DNA of 63,166 nt, filler included, from Octopus bimaculoides (taxonomy: Eukaryota): assembly GCF_001194135.2 (NCBI RefSeq). It is 6 parts of 5 records of this genome, joined end to end, with 100 filler letters (N's around TTAATTAATTAA, not from the genome) between each part and the next. Parts side by side here need not be neighbours in the genome. Positions count along the whole stretch, not along the records: positions 39,321 to 49,138 come from NC_068982.1; positions 49,239 to 63,166 come from NC_069010.1; 4 more parts are not named here. One strand, written 5' to 3'. Of the stretch, positions 39,321 through 52,200 are shown one piece after another (within the stretch, counting starts at the first letter, position 1; the number at the start of each line of letters is the position of its first letter). The translations under genes and the position numbers were made by a program. The notes beneath the pieces were generated by a model. The model did no database searches. It was given only the letters and a program-made list of their open reading frames with translations, and had not been told where the DNA came from.

Positions 39321-39479
39321 GAAAATTTAGAAATAGCAGTCAAAGAACTACTGATTCCAAACTACAAATTTTTCTCTAAAGTGGATGGCGATATTTATGG
39401 CACACATATCGCCATCCACTTTAGAGAAAAATTTGTAGTTTGGAATCAGTAGTTCTTTGACTGCTATTTCTAAATTTTC
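39321..39479. repeat. Perfect inverted repeat with 74-bp arms and an 11-nt loop, abutting a gap
   Basis: 39321-39394 is the exact reverse complement of 39406-39479. Confidence 0.95.
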
Positions 39480-39610
39480 AGTATGTTGGAGAAGCAACTC
39501 AATTGCTAATCCCTGTATATTTATAATGATAAATAGTTTTACCGATAAAGGTTTTTTTCATACTGAACTACTTGGCAAAATTGTTAATTATTAATTCTAT
39601 TATTAATTGA
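39395..39610 (-). pseudogene. Possible Penelope-like reverse transcriptase remnant (motifs 4-5)
   Basis: Frameshifted reading QYEKNLYR...NYLSL*IY..GLAI(G)VASPT..ENLEIAVKELLIPNYKFF..WM(R)YV resembles YxQxxGxAMGSPxSP...LE...WxRYVDD. Confidence 0.4.
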
Positions 39611-39654
39611 CGATTCTCTGCCTTTATTCTTGTATATATATATATACATACATA

Positions 39655-40498
39655 TTATGTAACTTGGTTTAAGTAGAGACAATACTTAGATAATCATCCT
39701 ACAGTTGTGATTCACATTAACATAATAAATACACCAAGACAATTAACATCAATATATCATGTAGAATAGAAATAAGAAATACATGTGGTAAAAATATACG
39801 TGAAAATGATAAATGAATAAAGAGTGATACATCGATTAAAAATCATATTAAATTTAAGATTAAAAATGTTGAATTAAGAAATACATCTTATATGGTGCTA
39901 TAACCCTGTATAAACATTTCTTTGGTACCTTAAAATAAATTTATCCTTAATATTTCTCTGACTTTCAAACCCATTATTAAAATTCCTCACTGCCGTCGAT
40001 GGATCTTACAAGTTTTAATTCTTAATCAACATTTTTAATCTTAAATTTAATATGATTTTTAATCGATATATCACTCTTTATTTATTTTATTTACCCTTTT
40101 CACACATATTTTTACTGCATGTGTTCATTTCTATTCTAAATAATACAGGCTGTTCAAAAAGTCACTGCACAGTAAGTATTTTATTGCAAAATAAATATTT
40201 ATAAGATGGTATAATACTACAAAAGAATACATTAGACTTTACAAGACTTTAAAACACTTCAATACACAAGTTGACTCTTCTACACATGTTTTGAAATACA
40301 TCTTGGAGAGTCTGGCTCTTGGAGATAAAGGTTGAAAAAAAAAAAAATCACTGCGGAGAGACATTTGAACACCCTTTATATTGATATGTTCCTTGTCTTA
40401 GTGTATTTATTGTGTTATATGTATTTATTATGTTGATGTAAATCATAACTATAGGATGATTATCTAAACATTGCTTCTTCTCAAACCAAGTTATATAA
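39655..40498. mobile_element. AT-rich foldback element with ~225-bp inverted arms; the right arm is split by a MITE
   Basis: Left arm 39655-39880 pairs with 40019-40140 plus 40381-40498 (e.g. AACTTGGTTT..TTAGATAATCATCC / GGATGATTATCTAA..AAACCAAGTT). Confidence 0.8.
40144..40378. mobile_element. Tc1/mariner-type MITE
   Basis: TA|CAGGCTGTTCAAA ... TTTGAACACCCTT|TA; short TIRs with TA flanks. Confidence 0.65.
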
Positions 40499-40573
40499 CG
40501 TCTCGGGTTCGATCTGAGCACTTTCAAGCAATTGTGTAAAAGAAACTTCCTTCGAAAGAAAATACAATATATT

Positions 40574-40628
<55 letters not shown>

Positions 40629-40629
40629 A

Positions 40630-41874
40630 TATTGGGTTGGTCAAAAAGTCTTTTCGGTCTTTTAAACGGAAATGAGAAAGTTTTAAACACAAAGCGATTT
40701 GTTCAATCAATGATACAATTACCGTTCCGTTCCAGTATTTCTTGTCAACTTGTTGCCATGTCCATTATTCTCTGCTCAAAGAATTTCTTGTTCTTACTAG
40801 CAAAAATACACCTTCAGCTGAAATTTTACTCCCACTTCTGAGTTGAAGGTCAGTTCACTCAACGAATTTTGAAGAGACCGAAACTAGTAGACAACTGAAT
40901 CCGTAAGGTAGGGCGAATATGGAGTGTGCGGCAAAATTTCCCAACAACACTCCAGCAGCTTCTGCCGCGTCTGCAAACATTATGTGAGGTGGCATTGTAG
41001 TGATGAACGACAATGCCCCTACGCTTCTGGTAGATCGCTGCATTTAATTTGCGTAGTCGGTCACAGTACATATCTAAATAGATGATCTTGTTCATGGGAA
41101 GAAGCTTGTAAAAGACAACTGCCTTTCAATTCCACAAGATTGAAACCATAACTTCTATTGAGCAAAGTTTTGCTTTGGCGGTGGTTTGTGGTGGTTCGCC
41201 GCACTTTCCTCGTAATCATTTGTGTTTCATAATGTTAAATACGATCTATCTTTCATGTCATGTCTCATTCTCTTCAAAAGAGTATAGTTTTCTTTATGTT
41301 TCTGCAACGAATCACAGATGGAAATCCGTTGAACATGTTAGCCTCATTCAGTTGATGTGAAACGAAGCATCGAATCTGTTCTCGTAGCCAAGTGGATGGA
41401 GATGGTTTCCAACACTCGATTTTGACATTTGGAATATATTTGCGATCATCTTGGTCATATAACAGGGTTTGTGTCGTTGTTAATCTTAGATGGCTGGCCA
41501 GAGCGAGATGTACCTTGAACCGAAAAATATCTTAAACGAAATCTTAAAAACGACTTATGGTACTCACGTTCCGTAACAGCATCCTCTTCGTACACAGCGC
41601 AAATCTGCCTGCAGGTCTCTGTTGCATTCTTGCCTCTTTTTGAAAAAAAAATGCATGAAGTTTTGATAATGTCGTTTTGATTCTCCATTTTCAAAGTCAT
41701 TTCAAGGGTATAACACACAACCCGCCTCATCGCACGTGTGCGTCGAACTACGTTGAAGTCTTAAGTATCTAACGAGTGCGCATGGGCAAGGGACAAATTA
41801 AAATTAGCTACTTATCAGAAACCTTGAAGTCTAGAGTTGACAAAAACCTAACAGACTCTTTGGCCAACTCGATA
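40630..41874 (-). mobile_element. Full-length decayed mariner transposon (~1.24 kb, transposase pseudogene)
   Basis: ~30-bp TIRs TA|TTGGGTTGGTCAAAAAGTC and GACTCTTTGGCCAACTCGA|TA. Transposase remnants: GKNATETCRQICAVYEEDAVTER...SRSGQPS (HTH), a degenerate TGDEKW, MYCDRLRKLNAAI..KRRGIVVHHYNATSH, and a degenerate HPPYSPDL region. Multiple stops and frameshifts. Confidence 0.95.
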
Positions 41875-41925
41875 TGTGTGGTGTGTATGTGTGTATGTGT
41901 GTGTGTTTGTATATATTTGTGTGTT

Positions 41926-41966
<41 letters not shown>

Positions 41967-43000
41967 TAATAATAATAATGATAATAATAGACATGTGCAG
42001 GAAGCACATGTCTATGCACTGACAGGGAGATATGTATGTACATACATATAGAAATGTATGCACACACGGGTGCGCGTGCAGAGACACAGATATATATAGT
42101 ACATGTATGTGTGTATACATAGACATAAATATATGTAATCATTATATCTACATAAATATATTTTTCTTATGACATCACAACTGTTTCATTTTAAATGGGA
42201 ATAAGAGTGAAATACGCAAAAGGAATGGGAAGTAATATGCCCATATTTTATTTGAATGTTGCACAATGAGATTATGCATGACATTATAGTAAATGACGTA
42301 GTCAAAAAGAACATTTTGTTCACGAACGTGCATTCGGTACTTCTTAACGTTCTCATTATCTTTAGTACGTTGTAGATCTAAATTTCTTTTTCAAAGGACC
42401 ATTGAATTAGTTGTGAATCTATTGAGGCAATATGTTTGCTTTTTATTTTTATTAGTAGGGGGCCTACTTTAAAGTATGTGACAATGCAAAATAAAATATT
42501 GTTGTAGTTATTGCTTCAAAAGCCATTTAATAACACACAAAGCATTTAAATTTACTTTCCATTTATTTTATGAGGTGTCAAAATTTCCGTCACACACCTG
42601 CGACGTGGTCATTGACATATTTGTGGAGGAATTGTGTCAGTAACCAAGTAGTGCTTGCCACGCCAAAATTTTGTTGACAACTCATGATATAAATTTAAAG
42701 TGAATTTGTCAGGTTTGTTAGGAAATGGCTCTTCCAGCAGTTTCTTCCGACGGTTTGATTTATTAATTAATAAATTGTTAATCCTTTACCCTTTTAATTT
42801 GTAATAATTATTCACTCCCTGTTAGTATACGCAGATTCTCTTCGGTATCACTTGTCGCGCACATGGTAATTTCTTGAAGGAAGGACAGTTAGACGGGCTG
42901 ACCGAGGTGGATTCGGTTATGCTTTCAGATCTGTGTCGGTGTGGAATATTACTCGTTCATGCTTGCACAGTTTGCTAGCATAGTCAAATTTACTGCTGGA

Positions 43001-43052
43001 AGTATTGATGAAGGAAATTGAGTATCAATCATAATCCAGAAACGCGTCTACT
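43001..43052 (+). ncRNA. Minimal type I hammerhead ribozyme motif with a C3U change
   Basis: Stem I AGTA/TACT; TTGATGA at 43005-43011; stem II GGA..ATTGA-GTA-TCAAT..TCC; GAAAC at 43039-43043; palindrome ACGCGT; GUC cleavage triplet at 43046-43048. Confidence 0.6.
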
Positions 43053-43964
43053 GTTAANNNNNNNNNNNNNNNNNNNNNNNNNNNNNNNNNNNNNNNNNNN
43101 NNNNNNNNNNNNNNNNNNNNNNNNNNNNNNNNNNNNNNNNNNNNNNNNNNNNNNNNNNNNNNNNNNNNNNNNNNNNNNNNNNNNNNNNNNNNNNNNNNNN
43201 NNNNNNNNNNNNNNNNNNNNNNNNNNNNNNNNNNNNNNNNNNNNNNNNNNNNNNNNNNNNNNNNNNNNNNNNNNNNNNNNNNNNNNNNNNNNNNNNNNNN
43301 NNNNNNNNNNNNNNNNNNNNNNNNNNNNNNNNNNNNNNNNNNNNNNNNNNNNNNNNNNNNNNNNNNNNNNNNNNNNNNNNNNNNNNNNNNNNNNNNNNNN
43401 NNNNNNNNNNNNNNNNNNNNNNNNNNNNNNNNNNNNNNNNNNNNNNNNNNNNNNNNNNNNNNNNNNNNNNNNNNNNNNNNNNNNNNNNNNNNNNNNNNNN
43501 NNNNNNNNNNNNNNNNNNNNNNNNNNNNNNNNNNNNNNNNNNNNNNNNNNNNNNNNNNNNNNNNNNNNNNNNNNNNNNNNNNNNNNNNNNNNNNNNNNNN
43601 NNNNNNNNNNNNNNNNNNNNNNNNNNNNNNNNNNNNNNNNNNNNNNNGAAGTTATTTAATCTGTTGTATAATGAAGGCGCATCTAGTGCTTGCAGTAGAC
43701 GGTTTGTGATTGTCTGTATATCTGCAAGTTTATTAAAGAGGTTATTAGAAAATTTGAATTCAAAGGTAACTGCTTCTAATGATTGAGTTATGTTAATATA
43801 AAGTTTTCCATTAAGAAGGCCTCGTATTTGTCTTTCATTCGTGATCGATAATAAAAAATGACCGGGGGGGGGGGCAGCTATTCCCCTCTCCAAATTCTGA
43901 GGCCTTTTTCTCTTTACTTTTTCTATAAATGAAAAAAGTGGTGAAGTGAAAGAATCCTTATGTG

Positions 43965-44150
43965 CAGGAAAAAATGCTTAGCAGCATTTCTTCCTGCTCT
44001 TTCCGTTCTGAATTTAAATGCTGTCGAGGACGACTTAGCTTTCATCCTTTTGAGGTCAATTCAAATAAGTATCAGTTAATTATTGGTGGGGCCATGTAAA
44101 TAAACTCTCCCACCCTTGAAATTTCTAGCCGTGTGCCAAATTTTGAAACG
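43965..44150 (+). mobile_element. Family B SINE (diverged)
   Basis: AAATGCTTAGCAGCATTTC...GACTTAGCTTTCATCCTTTTGAGGTCAAT. Confidence 0.7.
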
Positions 44151-44549
44151 AACGCACTGGTACGGGTAAAATGTTTGATTTCACCGAAATTTGAACCCAG
44201 AAATTCGACTCATCATAGTAGTTATAATAATATATCTAGAAAGGCACACAGTCAATTGAAATATAATTTATCTACAGGAAATTTTGCCGAGTACACAAGC
44301 ATTTTATTATCAGCTAAGTATATGAATATTACACTAATATCTAAAGACATGATCTTTGTCACACAGCCAATGATTCAGAGAAGTAGATATAGTAGTTAAT
44401 GTCATCAAACTGTGCATTGTAAATGATATATTTGACGTTGATATCGCGACATTTAAATATTCTCGTAAGTATCAGAAGAACATAGATATACGTTTACATA
44501 AGTTTGACTAATGACATGTATTGCTACAAACTGACAAGCGTTGCATCTA

Positions 44550-45250
44550 ATTACTGCCAGACATACAGTATTAGATGTTTCACACAGTTAAATAAGTACA
44601 TGCAATAGTGTTATCAGCAATGAAATCATGAACGACATCTTTAAAGTCAGTCATATCAGATCAGAAATCATGTAGCTGCCAACGGATTATAGTGGTCTTT
44701 ACAGTTAAGACGTTATTGGAGTTGACTTATTGTATATCATGTGTTAAATAGATAAATTATCTACATTGTTACAGTGACATATTTATTCAGAAATCTCATG
44801 AAGAGCTATTGAATAATATCGGCATTCAAATTTTAGATAACAACTACTTGTATAAACGAAACCTAATTAATAACGGATACACGAATAAACTGGTAAAAGG
44901 AAAGTAAACCAGCTTTCTGGAATTGAAGCTAAAATAACATTAACTCGAAACACAAGCCAGATAACATACTTTAAGAGACTGACTCAAAAAGAAAATGGAT
45001 GCTCATTTTAATATTGACTGTCAGAAATATTTAGAGAAAGGAATAATTGTTTCGCATCATAGAGAACTTGTTTGCGGTGGGAGCAATGGGAGAACTTTTG
45101 TATCGTCGCTCGCCTTATAAAAACAGACGCCATGCATCCAAACTAGTAAACTCCATTGCAATAAGAAAGGACACATTGGAATAAATAACCCAAAATATAC
45201 TGCCTCAAGCCCAACAAAAATACAAAAATATTTTAAAAAATGAGAAAGAA
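44550..45250 (+). pseudogene. Possible Penelope-like element remnant (RT C-terminus/thumb to GIY-YIG)
   Basis: Broken reading VLDVS, LPTDYSGLY, HCYSDIFIQKSHEELL...NLINNGYTNKLV, VCGGSNGRT...TSKLHCNKKGH resembles FLDV / YRKPT / ICS..F..E...L..NGYP / C.CG..YIG.T...H..GH. Confidence 0.5.
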
Positions 45251-45514
45251 AACAGATAGCCAAGGGTAGAATGTTTTTTAGCTGTATGCCTGCATGCGTT
45301 TGAAGTGAATGAAGAGCAAGTTAATTCAACGATACTTTGTAAATGGTATACAATAAGCCAATACCAATAGCATCTTAAACACCACGACCACTAATGTCTG
45401 TGAAACTAAACAGTCAATGTTATAATATGACTGATTAGGGGATCTTCCGTTGCGTTTGTTGTTTTTAAATTGACTCTCGATATTTGGTACTTTATAATAT
45501 TATATAATAAAAAA

Positions 45515-45770
45515 ATAAATAAATGCGCCCTTTTAAAGCCTAGCCAGGCTCATGGGCCCGGTTTCCCGGTTTCAATGGAATATGTGTTCCCCAGCTGGAC
45601 GGGACACCAGTCCATCGCAGCGTTACTAATTTTTGCCAGCTGGGTGGAGTGGAGCAACGTGAAATGAAGTATTTTGCTCAAGAATACAACTCGTCGCCCG
45701 GTCCCAGAATCGAAACCACAATCTTACGATCATGATGCTGATACCCTAACCACTAAGCCACGCGCCTCCA
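45515..45770 (-). mobile_element. tRNA-derived CORE-type SINE (separate family)
   Basis: Minus-strand head TGGAGGCGCGTGGCTTAGTGGTTAGG...GGTTTCGATTCTGGGACC, CORE-like TTCTTGAGCAAAATACTTCATTTCAC, and (ATTT)-type tail. Confidence 0.8.
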
Positions 45771-46504
45771 CATAATATTATATAGTTACGTTTTATAATG
45801 GCTAGCTGCATTCGTCTGTTGAACACACAGGGCTATTTATATATATTGTATACGCAATGAATGCATATATGCACTTGTAAGTGCTTATCATGTCGCGTGC
45901 GCGTGTGTTTCTACGTATTTATGTATGCATTGTGTTGTATGGTGTGTATTTGTGTGTATTTGTTATCATATGTTTTATCCTATTCCTTACCTTCTCTCGG
46001 AAAACATTTTCGAAATCTTCTAGCGCTTGATTTATTTTCTCCTCGCATCGGCCAGAGTCCTTTACATTCAGTATCATTTGCTCACCGTCGCTACGTCTCC
46101 CACTCAATTCTTTCCCACCCTTGCTTTTTAATATTGCAACAGAATTTATATACATATATATCTATATATATGCATATTGGACAACCCAAGATTATCGTTA
46201 AAGTTTCTTGGAATCAAAGGCTTTTGACTAATGCACTGAGTTATGGTTCCGAAAACAGAACCAAGTGATGACGAAGCAAAGCACTTAACGACACGTCCAT
46301 ACCTGCGCCTGCGTGCGATATCTTAATATATTTTTCTGTCAAATTTGCAGTATATTCATAATAGCACGTTGATGTTCGCTCTAATGTCTAAAGAGAGATA
46401 ATTTTCGCCTTACAGATACAAAGATTGCACATTTTTCGTCAAATTTCATCTTCGAAAATTGATGTTTTTGTCATAATTGCTGTTGTCATTATTTTTGTTG
46501 CAGT

Positions 46505-46715
46505 TAAGGCGGTGAGCTGGCAGAATCGTTAGCACGCTGGGCAAAATGCTTAGCGGTATTTCGCCAGTCTTTATGTTCTGAGTTAAAATTCTACCGAGGT
46601 TGACTTTGCATTTCATCCTTTCGGGGTCGATGAAATAAGTACCAGCTGCGTACTGGAGTCGATCTAATCGATTGGCTACCTCCTCAAAAATTTCAGGTCT
46701 TGTGCCTATAGTAGA
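46505..46715 (+). mobile_element. Family B SINE
   Basis: AAGGCGGTGAGCTGGCAGAATCGTTAGCACG...GGGGTCGATGAAATAAGTACC...GTAGAAAGGATTATT. Confidence 0.85.
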
Positions 46716-47769
46716 AAGGATTATTTTTGTTGTGGTTAGGGGATGGGTTGGCAAATAGATATTAAGTTAAAGCCGGCCTGGGTCAATCTTTGGCCTAGTC
46801 ATATTTAAGTTATATATAGTTACATTTAAAGTCCCTTATTTAGAAATTGAAAACTGAAATAATGTTGCATTTTGTATTTTGTTAGATTTTATGTTGCAAT
46901 AAAATTTTGTCAATCTTGTGAATATCTTTAAACATGTATATATATATATATAACAGTACTAACTGTAATCCTCTTGAACTTTTCAGATACACGTATTTTG
47001 ACCTCCAGTATGGGTCAGGCAGCTGGTAGTATGAACAGCAGAAAAGTAGACCAGCTATCCTGAAATCCTTAAACCATAGCAAGCAACTCACGCATGAATG
47101 TTATGGGAGCTGGATGGAGGTTGATGTGAATTGTGAGAGAAAAACAAAGAGAGGAGTAGAAACGAGACATACATTTAGAAACCCAACTGATCTGAGCTTG
47201 ACTGTTTTATATTAACGTTTAAGGAACTTTTCAATCAACGGATCGTCCACTAAAGAAAACACGTAGTAAATGATCCTCAAGCACTCGAGTAAACTAAGTG
47301 TTCAAGTTGTTCCATTTGCTAAAAGGTTTCCACGGCACCAGCAGACCTCAAGACACATGCGTGTATGTGTGTGTGTGTGTGTATATATATACGTATGAAT
47401 ATATAGAAAATGTGGAGGAAAGAAGTGTTTGTCTTTATGGTAAAAGAAATATCATAACAACCTATGAGGGTTACCATACCACTCCTACGTATTAGCCAGG
47501 ATTAATGGCTGTTTTTTTTTATTTTGAAGCCTTTAGTTGTAATGAATACCACAGTCAACCTATTCGTTAAAAAATGTGAAAGATAGATACGCTGCCTTTC
47601 CTACGATGTACTGAGACAAACACTTACTTTCTCATATACAACGTCACATAAATATATAATATTATGCAGCATACTTATATAAGAGTTATATCTATATATA
47701 TTATATACGCAACGCGCACACATACATATATATATATATGCATGCTTGTTTATATACTAAAAAAGTCAT

Positions 47770-47843
<74 letters not shown>

Positions 47844-48528
47844 TCTCTTTCTACACTTACACACACACACACATAATCTATTACGTATTATTTGGAACAA
47901 TGAACTGGCAGCTGTTCTTGGTTCTTTATCGTAGTCGGGAATCATGAGATTGTTACTGACTTTGTTTACAATTCATTATTGATCAGGTGTTAATTGTTCC
48001 AAACGAAGCATAAAAGACAATAATGGGGATAGATGAAATATAATTAGTAAATGTCTTTATAATACATGCCACCGTTAATACACTGAAACGTATATATATT
48101 TGTATATTAATCTTATTTGTTCTTTAGCGGATTCGCTGCCCGGTCTGTATGGAGAAAACTTACACTTGTTAGAACGAGAGGAAAAGTGCGAAGGGTGAGT
48201 GTATGCAGGATGGGAAAGGCAGTAGAAAGGGTCACATACTGGTTATGGAACAAAATAGAAGAGTTAAGTTGAAAGCCAGGTGGAGATGATGAGCAGTGAT
48301 TTGGAGACCTCTGCTGTCGCACCAACGGGGTTGGGGTGAGATTTAAGGTTCAGGGTCGAAAGACCCGATGATCGTTGGATACCGTCTCGTGACATCGCTT
48401 CCTCTTGGTCAAAGCTTCATTCACTTTGGTGAGTGGAAATGAAGCACCTTCTAGGTGGTATCAATAACTCTCTCTCTCTCTCTTTCTCTCACACACACAC
48501 ACACACTCACACACACACACAAACACAT

Positions 48529-48578
<50 letters not shown>

Positions 48579-48599
48579 GGAGACACTGACAGACAAATT

Positions 48600-48645
<46 letters not shown>

Positions 48646-49239
48646 CGGACAGAGAGATAAGCAAGCAAGCAGATTGGTAGTTAGGTAGCTAGAGGAGAGA
48701 AAAGTGAGACTGAATGAAAGATAAATGTCGAAAGCGGACGCATGCGTGATTAATGAGATTTTAAACGTATGTAGTTATGTAAGTATAACTTTGAATTTTC
48801 ACGTCTATCTATCACCTATGATCTACGTATTTGTTATTTCACTGCAATGTTATAAACAATGGTTATAAAAAGTGCATTATTTTTATCTTGATCTGCTTAT
48901 ACACACACATACGCACACGTAGTCATATCTTTATATATATACGCATAAAATATATACGCATTAAGTATATGCGCATATAAACACACAAGCACACACATAC
49001 ACACAAATATACAAACACTTACACACACACATATATATACACACATCTATACATGCATACAGATACCTACTTGTTGTTTATACACCTGTCTTCGTCTTTT
49101 GTTTTTCTGTAAATTTCAAATATTTACATATATATATANNNNNNNNNNNNNNNNNNNNNNNNNNNNNNNNNNNNNNNNNNNNTTAATTAATTAANNNNNN
49201 NNNNNNNNNNNNNNNNNNNNNNNNNNNNNNNNNNNNNNA

Positions 49240-52200
49240 AGGATTATGAAGATGGTATTCTGATGAAGATGATGGAGACGATGATGAGTACAACTGTGAC
49301 CTTGAGGATGGCAAAGGGTTAGGATGATGATCATGATGATGGGGACAATAAAAAAGTGATGATGATGATGATAATGATGGTGTTGATGATAAGTATGATA
49401 ATGATGTTGAGGATATTGATGTCTATGATAATCATGATCATTGTGGTGAGGCTAATGCTCATTATGGAAATGATCGTGGATATGATGGTGATAATAAGGA
49501 TGGTGATGATGATGATGATGAGGACGACGACGACGTAAATGATGATGAAGAACGGGACGACGATAAAATTTATGATCACGTTAAAGTTTAGAATGCTACT
49601 AATGATGATGATGACGATGGTGATGATGGTGATGATGACGATGATGATGATGATGATAATGATGATAATGATGATGATGATGATGATGATAATTTTGACA
49701 GCATAATCTCGTCGAAAATGACGATGCATTTGAACATGATGACGGAGATCACCTTAATGATAATGATACTGTCGATGATAGAGTTGATGATGATAATGAT
49801 GATGTTTATGATGATAATGAGGAAGAAAATGCTGATGATTATGAAGATAATCACGGTAATGATGATAATGATATAGAAGGATTAAAGGAAAGAGGTAAAG
49901 AAAAAGATGAAGACAAAGAAGGCAAATTAGATGATGAGAAAGAAGAAAAGAAGACAAAAGATATAAAAAAAGGAAATGAATAACAAGAAAGAGAGGAAGA
50001 AGAAGAAGAATAATGAGAAGAAAACGAAGAATCAGAAGAAACAGACGAAGGAGAAGAAAAGTAGGAGAAGAAATATGTTATGAAGACGAAGAAGATTAAC
50101 ATGAACAACAACCATGAATGCAGAAGTATAGAAGAACAAGAAGAAGAAGAAGAAGAAGAAGAAGAAGAAGAAGAAGAAGAAGAAGAAAAGTAGAAGAAAA
50201 GAAGAAATGAATGAAGAAAGGGGAGAAGCAGAGGAAGAAGCAGAAAAAGAGGAAGAAAGACAATAAGGAGAAGAAACACAACAACAAAAACAACACAAAC
50301 AAAATAAACCTCAACAACAACAAAAGCAGAGGAATAAGAAAATAAAACAGAAGAAAACAAGAAGAAGAAGAAGAAGAAGAAGAAGAAGAAGAGAAAGAGA
50401 TGAAGAAGAAAAAGAAGAAAAAATGGAGGAAGAGTAGAAGAAGAAGAAGAAGAAGAAGAAGAAGAAGAAGAAGAAGAAGAACAGGAAGGAGTAGATGATG
50501 ATGAAGAAGAAAAAAGGACAGGAAGAAGCGGAAAGGATGAGGAAGAAGAAAAATATTTAGAAGAAAATAAAGAAGAAGAAGTCGAAAAAAGAAGAAACGG
50601 AAGAAACGTATAAAGAAGAAAAGAAGAAAGACAAATTGATGATCATGTTGATGATGATGAAAAATAAGAACAATAACAACAAAAAAGTGAACCAAAACGA
50701 AAATCAGCGACAACAACTAAAAGACGAGAAAGGAACATAAGTAGGAGGAAGAGAGGAGAAAGAGGATGAGGTGGACTAGGTAGAGAAGGGGGGAGTAGAG
50801 TAAAATAGGGGAGTGTGGTGTAGGCGGTGGAGGAGGATGTTTAGGTCGAAGACGGCGATTATGTGAAGAAAATTTCCAAAAAAAAAACCAATGAATTCCA
50901 GAAAAAGAAGAATGGATTATGTGTTTAATGAGTGAGAATGAGACAAATCGGTAAATGAATTAATATTAAACATTGAGAATTATATCGTGAGTAAAAGAGT
51001 CCGAAGAAAACAGAGGCAACTTACAACGTTTGTAAATTGTAGAGATTTGCAAACCATCCATCTTTGATGTCTTTAAATTGATTGGAGGAAAGATCTCTGC
51101 ATTATAAAAGGGAGAAGATTAGAAATAATATAAAATAGTTTCATGATACAATATTCAATATTGACTGATAAGAGGAATATGGAGAATAATTAGGAGGAGG
51201 AGAAGGAAGAAAGGAAGATGAAGATGGCATTGCTGATGGGGATTCTGATGAAGACGATGGAGACGATGATGATTATAACGGTGACCTTGAGGATGGCAAA
51301 GGGTTAGTATGATAATCATAATGATGGGGACAATAAGGAAGGTGATGATGATGATGATAACGATGGTGTCGATGATAAGTATGATGATGATGTTGAGGAT
51401 ATTGATGTCTATGATAATCATGATCATTGTGGTGAGCCTAATGCTCATTATGGAAATGATCGTGGAAATGATGGTGATAATAAGGATGGTGATGATGATG
51501 ACGAATGTGACGACGATAAATTTATGTTCACGTTAACGTTTAGAAAGCTGTTGATGTTGATGAAGTTGATTATGACGATGATGATGATGAAGATAATGAT
51601 GATGTTGATGATGATAATGATGATGTTGATGATGATAATGATGATGTTGATGACGATAATGAGGATGATGATGGTGATGGAACAACAAGAAAAAGAATAA
51701 AGAGAAGAAAACGAAGAATCAGAAGAAGCAGAAGAAGAATAGGAGAAGAAATACGTTATGAAGAAGAAGAAGAAAAACATGAACAACCACAACAATTACA
51801 AGAAAAGTAGTAGAAGAAGAACAAGAAGAAGAACAAGAAGAAGAAGAAGAAGAAGAAGAAAAAGAAGAAGAAAAAGAGGAAAAAGAAGAAAAAAGAAGAA
51901 GAATAGGAGAATATGAAATAGATTATGAAGAAGAAGAAAAACATGAACAACCACAACAATAACAAGAAGAAGAAGAAGAAGAAGAAGAAGAAGAAGAAGA
52001 AGAAGAATAGAAGGATATGAAATAGATTATGAAGAAGAAGAAAAACATGAACCACAACATTAACAAGAAAAGAAGAAGAAGAAGAAGAAGAAGAAGAAGA
52101 AGAAGAAACAGAAGAAGAAGAAGAACTAGAAGAAGAATAGAAGGATATGAAATAGATTATGAAGAAGAAGAAAAACATGAACCACAACATTAACAATAAA

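Noticed and set aside
48353-48366. GGGTC-GAAA-GACCC tetraloop hairpin next to CCGATGA
   Set aside because: GAAA is in the loop and the topology does not fit a hammerhead; a 5-bp hairpin is expected by chance.
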